A stretch of DNA of 64,000 nt from Andalucia godoyi And28 (lineage: Eukaryota > Protista > Jakobida): positions 20,721 through 84,720 of the forward strand of contig VRVR01000043.1 in NCBI GenBank assembly GCA_009859145.1, in the 5' to 3' direction. Position numbers and translations under genes: made by a program. The first letter of the stretch is position 1; each line of letters begins with the position of its first letter. The notes below the pieces were generated by a model. The model saw only the letters and a program-made list of their open reading frames with translations. It had not been told where the DNA came from and ran no database searches. Positions 60,501 through 64,000 of this stretch are shown here, one piece after another.

Positions 60501-60625
60501 CGAGCGTGCGTAAGCACGAATTCCCTGTGAAACAAACGTGCTAGTGTCGGCCAGTATTGACCGTGTCTGTTTTTGAATACTTCCTTCCGTATGCATGACA
60601 ACGACGTATTATTATTCAACGGTCC
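60501..60625 (-). mobile_element. Second, inverted copy of the mini-element 5' segment (42301-42423)
   Basis: The reverse complement of 60501-60569 is identical to 42355-42423 (69 bp). The GGACCGTTGAATAATAA end is also shared, with 2 substitutions in the first ~35 bp and a variable ~20-bp middle. Confidence 0.85.
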
Positions 60626-60774
60626 GAACTCGAGCAACTCGAAACAAAAACAAAAACAAAAACAAAGAGAGAGACTCGCGGTTCGCGGTTCGCAGTTCGC
60701 AGAAAAAGAAAAGAAAAGAAAAGACAGTCCTCTGGCTCTTATCGCAAGAGGGCGAGAAAAGGTGAAAAAAGAAT

Positions 60775-61959
60775 ATGAAGAGGCATGCTGCAGAAGAAAC
60801 GCAGCTGTCTGTGCGTGTGCGTGAGTTGACGAATGCGTCCGAGATTGAAAAGCGCGAGACGCTGAATCATTCTCAGTGGCATGGTGGCCGATCGCTTTCT
60901 CACTTTCTGGAAGAAGCAGATGAGACTCGACGGTACGCTTTTCGAAATTGGGTTTTGGAATACGCCGAGTCTGAGGAAGGTGAATCGTGGTCTGTTGGCT
61001 CTTCAATGCAGCTCTACTCCTCGGACGCTGCTCTGTGCCTGGCTGATCGTGGGCGTTCTGGTTCTGGTTCTGGTTCTGAATCGTGCACACATACCATCGC
61101 GCGACTTCATGGATTTGCGTCCTTGTTCACAGAGCCGCGGCAGCGAGGAAAGGGCTTTGCATCGCTTCTGCTGCAAAAATACATGGAACAGGTTGCGAAA
61201 TCCCTGCGCGACCCTTTGCACATCGGGTTTCTGTTTACGGATGTCGGGTATCCAATCTACGAAAAATGCGGGTTCCAACGAGTGCTGGCGGACATCAGGG
61301 ACGTGGAGTTCACGCCCAAGCTGCTGCTGCTGCTGCGGCAGCGGCCTGCCAACAATGAAACGGATGTCGATCTGGATGCATGTGGAATCAGCCGCTTGTT
61401 TGCGGATACCGACGCAGAGGTTCTGGCATCCCAGTGCACGCGATGGTCTTTGGAGCTGCGAAATTCTCTGATGGAGGAGGCGGAGCGCAGCAACAAGGAA
61501 ACAGTGTTGGTGGATCCTATCGTGGGGAAGTGGGGAGACGCACTGAGCACGTCTCTCGTGGAAATTCTTGTGACGCGACACTGCGGAAGCCCAAGACCGT
61601 CGTGCACAGGCGCCCAGTGTGGCAACACCGTGATGTTGTGGGCAGCGAACCAACTGGAATCGGTCCTGCAGATCATGGTTGTCATGTGGGATCCAGCGGA
61701 CCATGCAGAGCAAATCGCACAGGATATGGAATCGCTTGTCAGGTTCGGACGGCATGTGGCTGCTGCAGCCGGGCTTACCGTCTTCAAGTCCTGGATGTCG
61801 AATGTCCATGTGGACCTTGCAGACCGCGTTTGGCCCGTCGCTTCTCAGGGCGGAAAGATCAAAATTCGCGAAAACATGCTCCCCATGATTTCTCTCCGTC
61901 GAGAACCCGCCGCCGGCCCACTGCACTGCCCCTATCTTTCCAAACTCTCTTACTACTGA
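60775..61959 (+). CDS. GNAT-family acetyltransferase (Lyc1-like)
   Basis: LFTEPRQRGKGFASLLL (acetyl-CoA motif A), FLFTDVGYPIYEKCGF, and N-terminal LNHSQWHGGRSLSHFL. Confidence 0.8.
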   Translation: MKRHAAEETQLSVRVRELTNASEIEKRETLNHSQWHGGRSLSHFLEEADETRRYAFRNWVLEYAESEEGESWSVGSSMQLYSSDAALCLADRGRSGSGSGSESCTHTIARLHGFASLFTEPRQRGKGFASLLLQKYMEQVAKSLRDPLHIGFLFTDVGYPIYEKCGFQRVLADIRDVEFTPKLLLLLRQRPANNETDVDLDACGISRLFADTDAEVLASQCTRWSLELRNSLMEEAERSNKETVLVDPIVGKWGDALSTSLVEILVTRHCGSPRPSCTGAQCGNTVMLWAANQLESVLQIMVVMWDPADHAEQIAQDMESLVRFGRHVAAAAGLTVFKSWMSNVHVDLADRVWPVASQGGKIKIRENMLPMISLRREPAAGPLHCPYLSKLSYY

Positions 61960-62151
61960 GTGTCCGTCGCTCTGATTGGTCCACAACCAAAAAAAAAGGC
62001 GGGGAAGCGGTCGTAGCGAATGCATCCATTGACACGGACAACCCCCCATTCGATTCTCTCCGCTTCCCAGTTCTCTCCGTCCCCGCTTCTTTACCAAGCA
62101 CGCACGGAGGAGCCAAGAAGGGGGAAATCGGTTCAGAGTCCCGGGAAACAA

Positions 62152-62888
62152 ATGGGAGATCGTCATTATTGCAAATTCTGTAATGTATTTATCCAGAATG
62201 ACAAGGTCGTATGTGTGCATGGATCTGCGGGTTTTTCTTTTCTTTTCCATTGCTATTTTCTAACATTGAAAATCGATGATAATGATAATGCTAATGATAA
62301 CAATATGAAATTTGGTAGAGTCGACTTTCGCACGAATCCGGTCATCGACACAAAGAAAATGTCTCCAAGTATTTGGAGAGTGCGTTGAAACATGCAAAGG
62401 AAAAGACAGCAGAGAGCAAGCCCAGAGTCGAGGCGGTGACGCAGCAGTCTCTCGAGCTGCAAGAGCATCTATACGGCATTGCGGCTGCTGCAAATCGAGC
62501 ACCGTTCAGCATCACGAGGAAACCGCCGCCAACGGATGCTCACGCCGACAAGCTAGAGACCAGTTTGACGGAAAAGGAGAAGTGGGATGAAGAACATGTC
62601 CGCTCGTTGTCGTCGTCGGGGGCGTCTGACGCGGCTCGGTTGGTCAACATGGATGAGAACACTGGACTTGGGAAATGGGTGATTGCAGAATCCAAGCATG
62701 CGGCCTCCAGTCCCGCCGAGCCGAGCGCCGTGAAGCACTCCGCTTCTTCACATCCTGATGCCTCTTCTGCTGCCCCAAAGATTAAAATCGTGCTGAAGCC
62801 ACCAGTGAAGACAGACGCTCCAATCACCGGCTCCGACATCAAGCCGAACCCACCCACTGTGTTCAAGCGGCGCAGAACGGACCAATGA
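62152..62888 (+). CDS. U1C/matrin-type zinc-finger protein (WBP4/FBP21-like); two exons 62152-62208 and 62319-62888
   Basis: A 110-nt intron (GTATGT donor at 62209, ctaat at 62291, TAG acceptor at 62318) joins HYCKFCNVFIQNDKV|SRLSHESGHRHKENV, restoring the C2H2 finger. Confidence 0.85.
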
Positions 62889-63110
62889 TAAAACGCAGCA
62901 GCTGTAGCCGACACCGCCAGGGTAAAGTCCTTTATTTTTTCTGAATTTCGTTTCCCGCCTTTGAGTCGCGAGCGCGCCCAGCTGGCTGCTGTAGTCCATC
63001 CCTAATTCATCCTTCTTTTTCACACTCGTCCGTTCATTCAATGGTTCGTTCGATCGTTCAGTAGCATTTCGTACTGTCACTGTGGCTGTGGCATTTTATT
63101 GGCGTTTCTT

Positions 63111-63131
63111 CCCCCCCCCCCCCCCCCCCCC
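63111..63131. repeat. C21 homopolymer (G21 on minus strand)
   Basis: Read directly; ends 2 bp before ATG 63134. Confidence 0.95.
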
Positions 63132-63133
63132 AA

Positions 63134-64000
63134 ATGTCGCTGTCTCTGAGCGTGGTGTCGTGCAAAAGGCTTGAAGAACAAGTAGTTCGGCACCTTGATT
63201 CGACGCCTGTGACACAGCGCCTGCAGACCTCGTTTTCATTTCCGCAGTCTGCAAAGCATCCGCTGCATTCCGATGCACGAACGTTTGATTCGCGGTTCCA
63301 GTCCGGGACGTCCGAGACAGAATGCATGGTACAGATTCATGGAAGCGAAGTCACGGTCCACAGAAGCTACGAGAAGGTGTGCGCGCGATTTTCGTACCTT
63401 GAAGTGCCGGTCGATGTCATCATCCACGCAGCTGCACAGAACTTCCTCGTGCTGATGTTCTCCAACCATCTCGTTTTCATCAATCTCTCGTCTTGTGCAG
63501 AGTTCGCGGTGCCTGTTCCGTCGTCTTCGATCATTTCAGTGCTCTCGCTGCCGTCTGTATTGGTCGTCGAGACACGGGAATTGTGGTATGCAATCGTCAA
63601 TCCTCTGTCGGGACTCAAGCCCCTCTACTTGAAGCAGAAGCCCTTGAAGGGAAGAGGCAGAAAGACGTTAGACGGTTCTCAGATGAACTCCGAGACCCCG
63701 TCTCCAGTCGTCTCCAGTGCGCTCTTCTCTGCAATCCAGTATGGAGGCGGTGCATCACAATCCGGAAAGGCTGCGGGAGATGCCCCCGGTTCAGAGTCTC
63801 ATCTTGAGATTTCCACAGACTCAATCCCGGCTTCAGATGCGGAGATGGATGTATCCATTCGGCGAACATCACTGCACAACAAGACAGCGTCTCCGATGCA
63901 GTTGGAGTTCCAGAATCGACCGTCTCTCGGTGCCTCTCCGATCCATCCTGTTTCTGCACCTTCCACGGGACATCGCATGTCAGGCTCTTCGTCTAGAATG
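63134..64000 (+). CDS. Possible anaphase-promoting complex subunit 1 (APC1) N-terminus; 3'-truncated by window, so absent from the ORF track
   Basis: 289 open codons from ATG 63134 to the window end. EFAVPVPSSSIISVLSLPSVLVVETRELWYAIVNPLSGLKPL resembles the APC1 N-terminal 'FSxLHPLDEIxP' segment. Confidence 0.5.
   Translation, partial: MSLSLSVVSCKRLEEQVVRHLDSTPVTQRLQTSFSFPQSAKHPLHSDARTFDSRFQSGTSETECMVQIHGSEVTVHRSYEKVCARFSYLEVPVDVIIHAAAQNFLVLMFSNHLVFINLSSCAEFAVPVPSSSIISVLSLPSVLVVETRELWYAIVNPLSGLKPLYLKQKPLKGRGRKTLDGSQMNSETPSPVVSSALFSAIQYGGGASQSGKAAGDAPGSESHLEISTDSIPASDAEMDVSIRRTSLHNKTASPMQLEFQNRPSLGASPIHPVSAPSTGHRMSGSSSRM

Noticed and set aside
63236-63959. Minus-strand ORFs at the window end
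   Set aside because: Explained as the antisense of the uninterrupted plus-strand frame starting at 63134.

Overview
This is eukaryotic nuclear DNA from a gene-dense, intron-poor flagellated protist. Evidence: BBS7, SAS-6, SPO11, an aconitase and CBS, GT-AG introns, microsatellite-rich short spacers and frequent strand switches. A compact-genome discobid such as a jakobid is plausible but is inference only. I count about 23 protein genes. They include a 17-kb single-exon Cys-rich type-I membrane protein (5668 aa) and a multi-TM/ankyrin/LRR protein (1697 aa). The most notable non-housekeeping signal is a ~320-bp degenerate TnpB/Fanzor-type mini-element at 42301-42622. It has a hairpin-rich 123-bp 5' segment, a Zn-ribbon plus RuvC-III coding remnant with one frameshift, and a 3' GNRA hairpin. 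Its 5' segment recurs inverted at 60501-60625, with 69 bp identical. I found no rRNA, tRNA or CRISPR array. All family calls are by-eye motif recognition; no searches were run.
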